This document shows, piece by piece, positions 12,470 to 26,227 of a stretch of DNA of 64,000 nt. The translations under genes were made by a program, and so were the position numbers. This stretch comes from Eledone cirrhosa (taxonomy: Eukaryota). How positions within the stretch are numbered: the first letter of the stretch is position 1; each line of letters starts with the position of its first letter. The notes beneath the pieces are model-generated. The model did not search any database and was not told the DNA's origin. It saw nothing but the letters and a program-made list of their open reading frames with translations. The stretch lies in contig OZ024765.1 of the NCBI GenBank assembly GCA_964016885.1, positions 19,158,001 through 19,222,000 on the forward strand. The letters are read 5' to 3'.

Positions 12470-12727
12470 TGGTGGATTGGCAGAATTGGTAGAGCGTCGG
12501 ACGCCATGCTAGGGCGGTGGATTGGCAGAATCGATAGAGCGTCGGACGCCATGCTAGGGCGGTGGATCGGCAGAATCGGTAGAGCGTCGGACGCCATGCT
12601 AGGGCGGTGGATTGGCAGAATCGGTAGAGCGTCGGACGCCATGCTAGGGCGGTGGATTGGCAGAATCGGTAGAGCGTCGGACGCCATGCTAGGGCGGTGG
12701 ATTGGCAGAATCGGTAGAGCGTCGGAC
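12470..12727 (+). repeat. 45-bp tandem of a SINE 5' head, about 6 copies
   Basis: GGGCGGTGGATTGGCAGAATCGGTAGAGCGTCGGACGCCATGCTA. Confidence 0.95.
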
Positions 12728-13356
12728 AACATACTTGGCAGTATAAAATTACGGTCCTTAACATTTTGAGTTCAAATCCCACCGAGGTTAGCTCCACCTT
12801 TCATCCTTACAGGGGTCGATAAAATAAAGTACCAGTAATGCACTGAGGTCGATTTAATCAACTTTCCCCTTCCCCCAAATTGCTGGCCTTGTACTTAAAT
12901 CAGAAACCATTATTATTTGGTGTTTGGAACATAACTTCACAAAGGTTCTCTAATATAAACTTATGATGAGAGTTATTTAGATAAATGCAAGCATACAATA
13001 TGATATATAGATATATATTTTCATTTTTTCATTTCATTTTTACGTCCACTTTTCCCTGCTTGCAAGGGTGGGACGGGAACTGATTCTGGTTTGATTTCTA
13101 CAGCTGGATGCCCTTCCTAACACCAACCTCATTTACAGTGAGTGCTGGGTGCTTTTTTGCCGTGGCACCTCCACGACCACTTTACAGTGGAATGATAGGG
13201 ACCCCAGTCCCTGTCATCTCATTTCTACAGCTGAGTAAACTGGAGCAATGTGAAATAAAGTGTCTTGCTCAAGGAAACAACACATCACCCGGCCTGAGAA
13301 TTGAACTCACAACCTTTCGATTGCAAGGCCAATGGTCTAACCACTAAGCCATGTGC

Positions 13357-13519
<163 letters not shown>

Positions 13520-13772
13520 AACATAAATTTTACCTAGCTCCACTATGGAGCATCCGTATGTTTACTTCTTTTTTTTCCTTTTTTCTTCCTTTTTTCTTCT
13601 CTCTTTTTTCTTTCCTCGCTATCGCTTTTTTCCCCTCATGATAGATAAAAGGCTATGGGCATGCTATGGATAGATGTACTGTTTATAATGCGCTGAAACA
13701 TCCGTGACCCATAGTAAACAGCTGATGAAAGGAAACTGTCCATCTCTTGTTTGTGTCGCCTTACATTCTAAC

Positions 13773-13816
<44 letters not shown>

Positions 13817-13844
13817 AACAAAAGATGGTTAAAAGAGTTCCATG

Positions 13845-13915
13845 TATTTTATTATGCGCATTTCAAAAACAAATATCATCATGCAATAATATTTGTGTTT
13901 TCATCAGATAAAACA
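13845..13915 (-). ncRNA. Minimal type I hammerhead (inverted arm)
   Basis: Same family as 9109; CTGATGA core. Confidence 0.75.
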
Positions 13916-14245
13916 GGAAGACATAATTTTCAAATTTTTTTAATTTATATATTATCTTCCAACGGTTTTCAACCTCTCTATGTAAAACAATATATCTTTC
14001 TCAGTTATAAAAGCTATCTCTCTCTCTATCACTCATCTCTCCTCCTATCTCATCCTTCCTCATTATACTCCTCCCTCTCCACCTTTTACTCTCATCTCCT
14101 CCTCTTTTTTTCATCCTTTCCACCCCCCCCCCCTCTAAATAAAATATTTTCCCCAATATCACACATCAATCTAAAACTACTTCTCATATGTTGATTTAAA
14201 ACTGAACTATCCACGGGTGTTTTTTGACCTTCATATCATGTCTTC

Positions 14246-14317
14246 TGTTTTATCTGATGAAAACACAAATATTATTGCATGATGATATTTGTTTTTTGAA
14301 ATGCGCATAATAAAATA
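14246..14317 (+). ncRNA. Minimal type I hammerhead
   Basis: tgttttat-CTGATGA-stem II-GAAA-TgcgcA-TA-ataaaata. Confidence 0.78.
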
Positions 14318-14443
14318 CATGGAACTCTTTTAACCATCTTTTGTTCTTATATATTATGTATACTCCAGTCCTACAAACTGTAGAGTGCTTCTTATCCGAT
14401 ATCTGCATTGCTTTATTGTACTACAATAAAACTCGACTCCTAC

Positions 14444-14487
<44 letters not shown>

Positions 14488-14490
<3 letters not shown>

Positions 14491-14770
14491 TAGCTGAGGT
14501 ACCCAGCTTTGCCCAGGTAAATAGATGATAAGAGAAAATGACTGTATTAGTTGTGTTGTTTGGTTTACAGTACGACTGTTAGAAATAGCAGTCAGGTTTA
14601 GTATACCTGGGATGTCTTTATCTTCTTTGATTTTATAAAATGAGTGTCAATAAACCTTCCTGGGTATACCTTTGTTCCATTGCTGGACTTTTGGGTTGTA
14701 AGGTTTTGTTTTTGTGTGATGCACAAAGGAACCAATCAGCAAATATCTCTCTTTTATATTATGTATATGT
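14488..14770. mobile_element. Possible non-autonomous Helitron/Helentron-like element
   Basis: Starts ACTAGCTG..ACCCAGCTTTGCCCAGG and ends CTCTTTTATAT; resemblance only. Confidence 0.35.
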
Positions 14771-15115
14771 GTATGGGGGGGGGGGGGTCTATACTAAACA
14801 GAGATTCTAGAGTAAAAGTGGAATTGGAAATAGCAGGGAAAATATATTTAAGGGTCAGTTTTTCTTTTTTGATTCATCAAAGTGACATTATTGCAAAAAT
14901 AAGAGGAACAATTCTTTTAAAAAAAGAGTTGTATAATGTATATAAAATATGTCCGGTTTCGATGTGTCAGTGTAAGCCATCTTATCAAATGTTGAATATT
15001 GCAATTTAAAAGAATTAAAAAGAATTAAAAATTTTAAAATTTTAAATTAAGTGTTGAAGAGGTCTGTCTGTTCATCTTGTTGCGAAGACTGGGTCTAAAA
15101 TGGAGCCTTATATAT

Positions 15116-15832
15116 AGAGAGAGAGGTAGTCATAGTAGTAGTAGTGGTAGAGAGAGAGGGAGAGAGAGGTAGTCATAGTAGTAGTAGTGGTAGAGAGAGA
15201 GGGAGAGAGAGGGAGTCATAGTAGTAGTAGTGGTAGAGAGAGAGGGAGAGAGAGGTAGTCATAGTAGTAGTAGTGGTAGAGAGAGAGGGAGAGAGAGGTA
15301 GTCGTAGTAGTAGTAGTGGTAGAGAGAGAGGGAGAGAGAGGTAGTCGTAGTAGTAGTAGTGGTAGAGAGAGAGGGAGAGAGAAGTAGTCATAGTAGTAGT
15401 AGTGGTAGAGAGAGAGGGAGAGAGAGGTAGTCATAGTAGTAGTAGTAGTGGTAGAGAGAGAGGGAGAGAGAGGTAGTCGTAGTAGTAGTAGTGGTAGAGA
15501 GAGAGGGAGAGAGAGGTAGTCGTAGTAGTAGTAGTGGTAGAGAGAGAGGGAGAGAGAGGTAGTCGTAGTAGTAGTAGTGGTAGAGAGAGAGGGAGAGAGA
15601 AGTAGTCATAGTAGTAGTAGTGGTAGAGAGAGAGGGAGAGAGAGGTAGTCGTAGTAGTAGTAGTGGTAGAGAGAGAGGGAGAGAGAGGTAGTCATAGTAG
15701 TAGTAGTGGTAGAGAGAGAGGGAGAGATAGGTAGTCATAGTAGTAGTAGTGGTAGAGAGAGAGGGAGAGAGAGGTAGTCATAGTAGTAGTAGTGGTAGAG
15801 AGGGAGGGGGAGAGAGAGAGAAAGAGAGAGAG
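15116..15832. repeat. About 43-bp compound (AG)n/(GTA)n minisatellite
   Basis: Seen directly. Confidence 0.95.
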
Positions 15833-16161
15833 ATAATACAAATATATAATTGTTTCTACGTTTGGCACAAGGCCAGCAATTACCCAGTGCATTGCTGGTA
15901 CTTTATTTTATCGACCCCGTAAGGATGAAAGGCGAAGTTAACCTCAGCAGGATTTGAACTCAGAATGGCAAGGGGCGTAACTCTTTGCGTCAAAGCATGG
16001 TGTCCGACCCTCTACCGATTCTGCCAATCCACCACCAATATAAATATATAATACACAGTTTTATGATATAGAACCAAGTGTGGTCTCAATCCAGCCACGG
16101 TTTGGTGGCTAAAGAGTTCACAAGGGGAGATAAAAATGAGAAAAAAATGAAGAGAACTTAC

Positions 16162-16248
16162 CTGGAGACCGAGGAAGCAGAGGAAAATAGATGTTGGGAT
16201 TCCGAGAATACCTTCGGGGTCATATGGCATGTTGGTCTTGTAGCTCTC
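16162..16248 (-). CDS. HGSNAT: HGSNAT exon ESYKTNMPYDPEGILGIPTSIFLCFLGLQ
   Basis: 87 bp, gccag/gtaagt boundaries, YDPEGILG motif. Confidence 0.97.
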
Positions 16249-16269
16249 CTGGCAACAACAAAATAAGCT

Positions 16270-16811
16270 TATCAACATCATCACCATCATCATCAACATC
16301 AACATCATCATCATCATCAACACCATCACCATCATCACCACCATTACCAACATCATCACCACCACCATCACCATCACCACCACCACCACCACCACCACCA
16401 TCACCATCACCACCACCACCACCATCACCATCATCACCACCATCACCATCACCACCACCACCACCATCACCACCACCACCACCACCATCACCACCACCAC
16501 CATCACCACCACCACCATCACCACCACCATCACCACCACCACCACCACCACCATCACCACCACCATCACCACCACCACCACCATCACCACCACCAACATC
16601 ACCACCACCATCACCACCATCACCACCACCATCACCACCACCACCACCACCATCACCACCACCATCACCACCACCACCACCATCACCACCACCAACATCA
16701 CCACCACCATCACCACCATCACCACCATCACCACCACCATCCTCACCATCACCACCACCGCCATCACCACCACCACCATCATCATCATCAACACCATCTT
16801 GGAGATGGAGT

Positions 16812-16846
<35 letters not shown>

Positions 16847-16850
16847 GCCA
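16270..16850. repeat. (CAC/CAT)n then (GAT)n microsatellite
   Basis: Seen directly. Confidence 0.95.
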
Positions 16851-17179
16851 TGGCCAAATATTTCTAAAGCCCCCACTGGAATGCTATGGTGACCATGCGC
16901 AGTCAAATGTCTAGAGTGGCACCCCAACAACTGGCTGGCTGCACAAATTACGAGACACACTATGGCCAGCCGCAGGTGAGAGCCCCGCAAGCTGGAATGG
17001 CTTTTCCAGCGCGTCCCTCTTGCCGTCCTCCAGGGAAACGCCTTCTCTATTCTGTCCGGAGGCCACCAATATGATTGACTGACTACTTGTCACTTTATCA
17101 GTTAGATAATTACTGTTATTTTGATCACCCAGCCTCCCAACCACAACCAAAGTTATCTATTCATCAAATTATTATAAAC

Positions 17180-19410
17180 AAAATTCTGATGTCAAAAGCG
17201 AGATGAACAAATAAAAATTAATAAACGATACCAAATCGCTTTTCCTATGGTTAATTAGGAAGCGCGTTCCTCAGGAAGGTGCCAACCTGAGATCGAAAAG
17301 TCCTCCTCTGGCACAAACTCTTCTCCAATTATGGACCTGGATGGTCACTTGATCAGGGATTGTGCCAACTCGAGCCCTCCAGACCCACCACCCAAACCAC
17401 CTCAAAGAGAAAAACCTAAAAGGATGAAATGGACCCGAGAAGAGTATAAAGAAGTAATATATGCATATTACTATGCATTAGGTAAGCCATCACAAGACAG
17501 ACACACTTTAAACTCCTACAAAATCTGGAAAACTCGGAATCAAGCTAGCAGACGTGATATGGATGGAAATAAGTTGGCAAATATAAGGAGGTATATCTTC
17601 AGAAATAATAGACTCACAGACACTGAACTAACTGCGATCAAGCAGGCTGTGGAGAATGACATAAATATAAATGCTGAAAGAACTGAAGAATCTCCTGGAG
17701 ATAGTAACCAGTCACAAGTCTTTACTTAAAGACCTCCATCTGACCAAATCACAAATAGGTAGAAATGAGCAGCTCTATTGAACCCACTGAAAATAGCCAG
17801 GAGAGGGACTTAGAAACAGTAATTGAAAACCAAACATCTGCTGAAGAACACCGGGAGACTATGAAGGAATTAAAGCAAAAAATACTGAAAGAGCTTGCAG
17901 TAGTAAGACATTCTAGTATAAATGATAGAGAACCACTTCAAAAACTCCCAAATACAATCCAAAATAGAAAACAAATAATGATTGGTAATTTTGTGACAAA
18001 AGAAATCATAGAAGAACTAGAACCTGATCTTACTGAGTTAAATGAAATCATTTATGCATCTGCTAGAGTAATTGAAATAAGTTGTTTACCACCAAAAGAA
18101 CAAAAAAAGTCGAACCTTTTGAGGTAAACCAATTTGGAGGAGTAGAATCGAAAAGGAGATTGACGTAGTGAGAGGAGAAATATCTTTATTGAGTGAGTTA
18201 GCCGCTGGAAATGATATAAGATCCAAGAAGGTAAGAAAGCTAAAGAGAAAATATGGACTGTCTTCTAGAGAAGCAATAGTTTCAACAGAAGAATCTCTGA
18301 AACAAAAAGTCCAAGTAAAAGCCCAACGAATTCGTAGATTCGAGAAGCGAAACAACTTCTACAGGCAAAATAAGTTGTTCTCATCCAATGCCAAGTCATT
18401 TTATAGAGATGTAGGGAAGAAAAAAATTATTATTGAAGACCCCCCCCCCCTCTCCTCCCCCATCCATAGAAGAAGTTGAAAACTTCTGGAGTAAGATTTG
18501 GAGTGATGGGAAGACATATAATGCTAATGTAGATTGGATTAGTCACCTGGAAAAATCCTACACAAATTTAGAAGAACAGGCGTGGGAAGACATCTCTATA
18601 GCGGACTTAAGGACAGCACTCAATAAATCTCATAAATGGAAATCTCCTGGTAGAGACAGGGTGCCAAATTTCTGACTTTCCTCACTCCTGTGCACTCACA
18701 ATATATTGGTCAAGCTGTTTAATGGAATTATGAAGGATCCAAAAAATACACCTGATTGGATATAACAAGTGGCATCTACCAAAGAACAACGAAACCAAAG
18801 ATCAAAAAAACTATCAGCCCGTAATCTGCTTGTCCACCACTTATAAACTATTAACCTCTATTCTCATTGAAAAAGCATACTTGTTTTTGGAGGAGAACAA
18901 TCTTTTCCCCATTGAACAAAAGGGATGCCGATGAGGTTCATATGGTTGCAAAGATCAACTTTTGATTAATCATATGATCCTTGAGAACTGTCATAATAAA
19001 CACAGAAATCTCAGTTCTGCATGGATCGATTATAAAAAAACCTTTGACAGCATACCACACTCATGGATTCTGAAATCACTGGACATCTTCAAAATCTCAC
19101 CTGTGATCTCAAACTTCCTGAAACACAATATGTCATTACGGAACACAAATCTCCAATTGTCTCATTCCACTGGGGTACTGTACTCTAGGAATATAAACAT
19201 CAACTGTGGTATATTCCAGGGTGACTCACTTTCACCCTTTCTTTTCTGCATAGCTTTAATACCCCTTACATCCAAACTTAATAGAACAGGGTACGGTTAT
19301 AGAATTGACAACAAAAAAATAAGCCACCTATTTTATATGGATGATTTGAAGCTATATTGCAAAGATAATGACGAACTGGAAGACCTTTTGCGGACAGTAA
19401 AAACGTTTAG
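17180..19410 (+). mobile_element. Degenerate R4/Dong-clade non-LTR element (N-terminus plus RT)
   Basis: RMKWTREE, WKSPGRD, EQKGC..GSYGCKDQLLIN, WIDYKKTFDSIPH, GIFQGDSLSP, HLFYMDDLKLY; stops and frameshifts. Confidence 0.88.
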
Positions 19411-19859
19411 CAAGTTTATACTAGATAGAATAATACCACAAATTAAAGAACAACAAATAATCAAGCTCTGGGGTAACACAAATGAAGCAATAGATTGGTT
19501 TAATAAATTAGACAATAGAGAATCTTCCGACTTTATACTGGTTATATAAAAATTGTTGTAGGGTAATATATTATAACCATATACATATATATAGTTACAT
19601 ATATGGATATATAGCGATGTAAATAACTAATTTTATGAATAAATGTATGAGAGATTTATCCATATATTATTTACATAAGTAAACAACAACGGGGAAGTAA
19701 CCCTTATTAATTATGTTTTATAAAAAAAAATGTTTCTAAAACTATATTCTAAAGGTAATTTTGATATACATGATATAGATATACTTGTTATGTTGATTGA
19801 ATATATATATGTTTATATCTACTGGAACCTATAATTATGTTTGTATATTGTTATATATA

Positions 19860-20110
19860 TGGTAAAAAGAAACAAAAAAAAAACCCAGTCCACGCTGTAA
19901 TGTGGTCGTGTAGGTAACACGGTCAAAAGCTCCCAGTCCACACTGTAAATATGGTTGGTGTTAGGAAAGGCATCCAGCCATAGAAAACCTGCCAAATAGT
20001 CCTATACGAACAAGACATGGTCACCCGACCAATCTTCCCTCAAGTGGGACAACTCCCATCTAACCCATGCTAACGTGGAAGATAGACGCTAAACGATGAT
20101 GATGATGATG
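19860..20110 (+). mobile_element. RTE 3' UTR fragment
   Basis: Matches 7375-7614. Confidence 0.8.
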
Positions 20111-20611
20111 GTAAATAAGTGAATTATATATGTACTACAGATAGCTAATAATTTAACTATAAATTTTATGAGAAGCTTTAGAAATCCTGTGTAAACAAGA
20201 GCTAAAACCCTCATTCCTTTTATTAATTGTTTCTACTTTTAGCACAAGGCCAGCAATTACCCAGTGTATTACTGGTACTTTATTTTATCGACCCTGTAAG
20301 GATGAAAGGCAAAGTTAATCTAAGCGGGATTTGAACTCAGAATGGCAAGGGCCGTAACTCTATGCGTCAAAGCATGGCGCCTGACCCTCTACCGATACTG
20401 CCAATCCAGCGCCCTTTCCTTTTATTAATAATTGGATTGGCAGTATCGGTAGAGGGTCGGACGCCATGCTTTCCAGCATAGTTACGTCCCTTTACCATCT
20501 GAGTTCAAATCCCGCCGAGCTTGACTTTGCCTTTCATCCTTACGGGGTCGATAAAATAAAGTACCAGTAATGCACTGGTATTTGCTGGCCTAAAGTAGAA
20601 ACAATTAATAA

Positions 20612-21424
<813 letters not shown>

Positions 21425-21427
21425 TAT

Positions 21428-21463
<36 letters not shown>

Positions 21464-21466
21464 ATA

Positions 21467-21503
<37 letters not shown>

Positions 21504-21725
21504 GTAGAAAATATACCTATATATGTGTGTGTGTATATGTGTGTGTGTATATGTGTGTATGTTTGTGTGTGTGGAGAAGAAGTGTGCACCACCAAGTATT
21601 TCCAGAGCCCATTTGAAATGCAATGACGGACACAGAGGGTCAAACATTTAGAGTGTCACCCCAGCCCTCACCCCAACAACTGGCTGTACCTGTGGTTGAT
21701 AGATCTGTGATGGGGGGCTTCTTAC

Positions 21726-21852
21726 CTGGATTGTTGGATGTTGATAAAGATGACTCTCTCCCAACACCATTCTGTCCACATACTGGGCAGCACCTCCAGT
21801 GCAGTTGTAAAACTGTCCGTTCTCACTTATTCCTCCGGGTCCCAGGTAACCC
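21726..21852 (-). CDS. HGSNAT: HGSNAT exon GYLGPGGISENGQFYNCTGGAAQYVDRMVLGESHLYQHPTIQ
   Basis: 127 bp, ggcag/gtaag boundaries; GYLGPGG, NCTGGAA and HLYQHP motifs. Confidence 0.97.
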
Positions 21853-22182
21853 CTGCCAAGAAGGGAAAAGATATTGAAACTTTGAAGATGAGATAATATC
21901 AACATTGATTTGGGCAGGGTGGGGGGAAAATTATAGGTGCAGGGGTGTACAGGGGAAGGCATGGTGAAGTACAATGGGGACAAGGTAAGGGTGTAGTGGG
22001 GGAACAGGGGGTCTTTGTTTTTTTGCCTTTTTTATGAACATAACAGGCCCATTGCCGGGGGGGGGCGAAGGAATCTGTAGTGTTGTTCAGCTTACTTGGA
22101 GGAAGGCTAATTTAAAAAAAGGGGTCCATATTATTGTTTAGTTTTAATTTACATGGATGAAGGGCAAATCGAAACAAAACAC

Positions 22183-23489
22183 CGGTCCAGTTTTAATTTA
22201 TGTGGAGGAAGGGGCAAGTTAAAACAAAAGGGGTCCATAGTGTGGTCCAGTTTTAATTTATGTGGAGGAAGGGGCAAGTTAAAACAAAAGGGGTCCATAG
22301 TGTGGTCCAGTTTTAATTTATGTGGAGGAAGGGGCAAGTTAAAACAAAAGGGGTCCATAGTGTGGTCCAGTTTTAATTTATGTGGAGGAAGGGGCAAGTT
22401 AAAACAAAAGGGGTCCATAGTGTGGTCCAGTTTTAATTTATGTGGAGGAAGGGGCAAGTTAAAACAAAAGGGGTCCATAGTGTGGTCCAGTTTTAATTTA
22501 TGTGGAGGAAGGGGCAAGTTAAAACAAAAGGGGTCCATAGTGTGGTCCAGTTTTAATTTATGTGGATGAAGGGGCAAGTTAAAACAAAAGGGGTCCATAG
22601 TGTGGTCCAGTTTTAATTTATGTGGAGGAAGGGGCAAGTTAAAACAAAAGGGGTCCATAGTGTGGTCCAGTTTTAATTTATGTGGAGGAAGGGGCAAGTT
22701 AAAACAAAAGGGGTCCATAGTGTGGTCCAGTTTTAATTTATGTGGAGGAAGGGGCAAGTTAAAACAAAAGGGGTCCATAGTGTGGTCCAGTTTTAATTTA
22801 TGTGGAGGAAGGGGCAAGTTAAAACAAAAGGGGTCCATAGTGTGGTCCAGTTTTAATTTATGTGGAGGAAGGGACAAGTTAAAACAAAAGGGGTCCATAG
22901 TGTGGTCCAGTTTTAATTTATGTGGAGGAAGGGGCAAGTTAAAACAAAAGGGGTCCATAGTGTGGTCCAGTTTTAATTTATGTGGATGAAGGGGCAAGTT
23001 AAAACAAAAGGGGTCCATAGTGTGGTCCAGTTTTAATTTATGTGGAGGAAGGGGCAAGTTAAAACAAAAGGGGTCCATAGTGTGGTCCAGTTTTAATTTA
23101 TGTGGAGGAAGGGGCAAGTTAAAACAAAAGGGGTCCATAGTGTGGTCCAATTTTAATTTATGTGGAGGAAGGGGCAAGTTAAAACAAAAGGGGTCCATAG
23201 TGTGGTCCAGTTTTAATTTATGTGGAGGAAGGGGCAAGTTAAAACAAAAGGGGTCCATAGTGTGGTCCAGTTTTAATTTATGTGGAGGAAGGGGCAAGTT
23301 AAAACAAAAGGGGTCCATAGTGTGGTCCAGTTTTAATTTATGTGGAGGAAGGGGCAAGTTAAAACAAAAGGGGTCCATAGTGTGGTCCAGTTTTAATTTA
23401 TGTGGAGGAAGGGGCAAGTTAAAACAAAAGGGGTCCATAGTGTGGTCCAGTTTTAATTTATGTGGAGGAAGGGGCAAGTTAAAACAAAA
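22183..23489. repeat. 60-bp tandem repeat, about 22 almost identical copies
   Basis: Successive 60-bp lines are identical apart from about 4 substitutions. Confidence 0.98.
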
Positions 23490-24175
23490 TACTTTTTTTT
23501 AATTTAAAACAAAAAACACCGGAGCCCTTAGGAAACTATAGTCCTGTAGTTGTAACTTACTTTTGGGTCCCAAATAATAGGGGGTGAGGGTGGAATAAGC
23601 AGGGAGGTGGACATTTGCTTAAATTCTTATAAGTGAGGGGGTGGGGTGGAATAAGGGGGGGGGGGGGGGGGGGTCGGTAATTGTATAGTGTATGTTCATA
23701 AATGTTGGATTTCTTATAATTGTTTCTACTTTAGGCACAAGGCCAGCAATTACCCAGTGTATTACTGGTACTTTATTTTATCGACCCCGTAAGGATGAAA
23801 GGCAAAGTTAACCTCGGCGGGATTTGAACTCAGACTGTAAAGGGACGTAACTATGCTAGAAAGCATGGCGTCCAACCCTCTACCGATACTGCCAATTCAC
23901 CTAATGTTCTTTATTTGACATATAATGTATTTTAATGTAAAATAAAATTATTATAAGATTCTCCAGCTGCTGTATCAGTATGAATCACTTACAATAACAT
24001 TTAGCCAGAGATAGATTAGCAAAATTTAATAAGTGGGTGGGAGGAAATAAAAGTTGGGTTGAGGGGGATCTGAAAAATTAATAACCAGTGTGTGTGTGTA
24101 GGGGGGGGGGGGGGTATTCAAGTACATGGAGCTAATTAAAAGAAAAGGGGTCAATATGTGTAGGTTTAAACTTAC

Positions 24176-24297
24176 GTGGGACATCCTGGGACTGGAAGAG
24201 CAAATGTAATCCCAAGATGAACACCAAGCAATGCAAAGTTTAGAAACCATTCTGGCCAGTAGAGTAAGATGTCACGGAACGGGGACTTTTGTTTTGT
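24176..24297 (-). CDS. HGSNAT: HGSNAT exon [41 protein letters not shown]
   Basis: 122 bp, tttag/gtaagt boundaries, RDI...WP.W...LPVPGCPT motif. Confidence 0.96.
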
Positions 24298-24761
24298 CTA
24301 AAGAGGAAAATAAACAATGAAAATTACTCTCATGTATAAGCCGAGAAATAGGGGACAAAAAACAATACTTTATGGTAAAATAGGGGTCGAGGGTGGCTTA
24401 TATTCGAGGACAATATTTTGCACATTTTTGCCACCATAAAAATTCTACGTAAATGAGGTTTTTGGAGGTGAATATTACACCTGTTTCACTTTGGAGGTGA
24501 ATATTACACCAGTTTCATTAGGTATCTGCATGTGAGTGTATGTGTGTACATATGCATTAATGTATATGTGTGTGTGTGTGTATGTGAATGTATGTATATA
24601 TGTGTATGCGCATGTGTATGTGTGTATGTCTGTGAGTGTATGTGTGTGAATATGATGTATGCATGAATGTGCATGTTAGTGTGTGTATGTGTATGTATGT
24701 ATATGTGTGTGTATATGTGTGTATATATCTATATATATGTGTGTGTGTGTGTGTGTATATA

Positions 24762-24799
<38 letters not shown>

Positions 24800-24828
24800 T
24801 GTGCGTGTGTGTGTGTGTGCATTCCTAC

Positions 24829-24941
24829 CTTTTGTGTGTCATCTACCTTGACAAAGACAACCTCCATCAAAGCCAGGAACAAATAAGTCAAAGAAAATCT
24901 CTGTAAAACTCCCGGAATACGAAGTTTGCCAAGTTCAACAG
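24829..24941 (-). CDS. HGSNAT: HGSNAT exon PVELGKLRIPGVLQRFSLTYLFLALMEVVFVKVDDTQK
   Basis: 113 bp, ttgcag/gtagga boundaries, RIPGVLQR motif. Confidence 0.95.
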
Positions 24942-24954
24942 CTGCAACAACAAA

Positions 24955-24999
<45 letters not shown>

Positions 25000-25000
<1 letters not shown>

Positions 25001-25320
25001 TGTGGATGTGGCCTGCCCATTCGACACGAGAGTGCAAGAGAAGGAGAAAATTAACCGATACCAGGACTTAAAGTGGGAGGTAAAAAGGATTGTCATAGGC
25101 GCACTAGGGACTATCTCAAAAAGTTTCCAGGGATGGTTAAAGAAAATTGGCCCCTTCACGCTTTTTGGAACGCTTCAAAAGGCATGCTTGCTGGGAACAG
25201 CAAGAAACCTCCGATACGTCCTGAATATCTGAGGCTGCAGGTAGTGGCTTGATATTCATTTCAACAAACTTTCCAGTTAAGTAACATCAATGACTGAGAC
25301 TCAAAGAACAATAATAATAC
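25000..25320 (+). mobile_element. R4/Dong-type restriction-like endonuclease 3' fragment in (TAA)n
   Basis: DVACPFD...EK..RYQDL...IVIGALG...LQKACLLGTA..LR.VL; TAA repeats on both sides. Confidence 0.85.
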
Positions 25321-25367
25321 TATTGTAATAGGTGTATCAATCACCACAGATGGCAATATATCTGTCC

Positions 25368-26045
25368 TGTCTTTAACTCAGCAATAGACAGACACCCTAG
25401 CAGAGGGGGACTTGTCTTTAACTCAGCAATAGACAGACACCCTAGCAGAGGGGGACTTGTCTTTAACTCAGCAATAGACAGACACCTTACCAGGGGGGAA
25501 CTTGTCTTTAACTCAGCAATAGACAGACACCCTAGCAGAGGGGAACTTGTCTTTAACTCAGCAATAGACAGACACCCTAGCAGAGGGGAACTTGTCTTTA
25601 ACTCAGCAATAGACAGACACCCTAGCAGAGGGGGACTTGTCTTTAACTCAGCAATAGACAGACACCCTAGTAGAGGGGAACTTGTCTTTAACTCAGCAAT
25701 AGACAGACACCCTAGCAGAGGGGGACTTGTCTTTAACTCAGCAATAGACAGACACCCTAGCAGAGGGGGACTTGTCTTTAACTCAGCAATAGACAGACAC
25801 CCTAGCAGAGGGGAACTTGTCTTTAACTCAGCAATAGACAGACACCCTAGCAGAGGGGGACTTGTCTTTAACTCAGCAATAGACAGACACCCTAGCAGAG
25901 GGGAACTTGTCTTTAACTCAGCAATAGACAGACACCCTAGCAGAGGGGAACTTGTCTTTAACTCAGCAATAGACAGACACCTTACCAGGGGGACTTGTCT
26001 TTAGCTCAGAAATAGACAGGCACCCTACCTGGGGGAGTCTTGTCC
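25368..26045. repeat. 45-bp tandem repeat, about 15 copies
   Basis: CTTGTCTTTAACTCAGCAATAGACAGACACCCTAGCAGAGGGGGA. Confidence 0.96.
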
Positions 26046-26227
26046 TGTCAGTCACATAACGCCATGGAAACTGGGGTAAGTACCGACCTGATGAGCCTTC
26101 GGGGTTGAGACTGACTTTAGACTTTATGGTGATGATGATGATGAGGATGATGGTGTTAATGGTGATGATGGTGATGGTGATGATGATGGTGATGGTGATG
26201 ATGATGGTTAGCTGGTTTCCTACTTAC

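Noticed and set aside
13660-13745. CTGATGAAAGGAAACTGTC and nearby GAAA as a hammerhead
   Set aside because: No stem II between the core boxes and no consistent stem I or cleavage triplet.
16012-16990. Pro-rich/Gly-rich extensin-like ORFs
   Set aside because: (CAC/CAT)n microsatellite; only 16162-16248 is a real exon.
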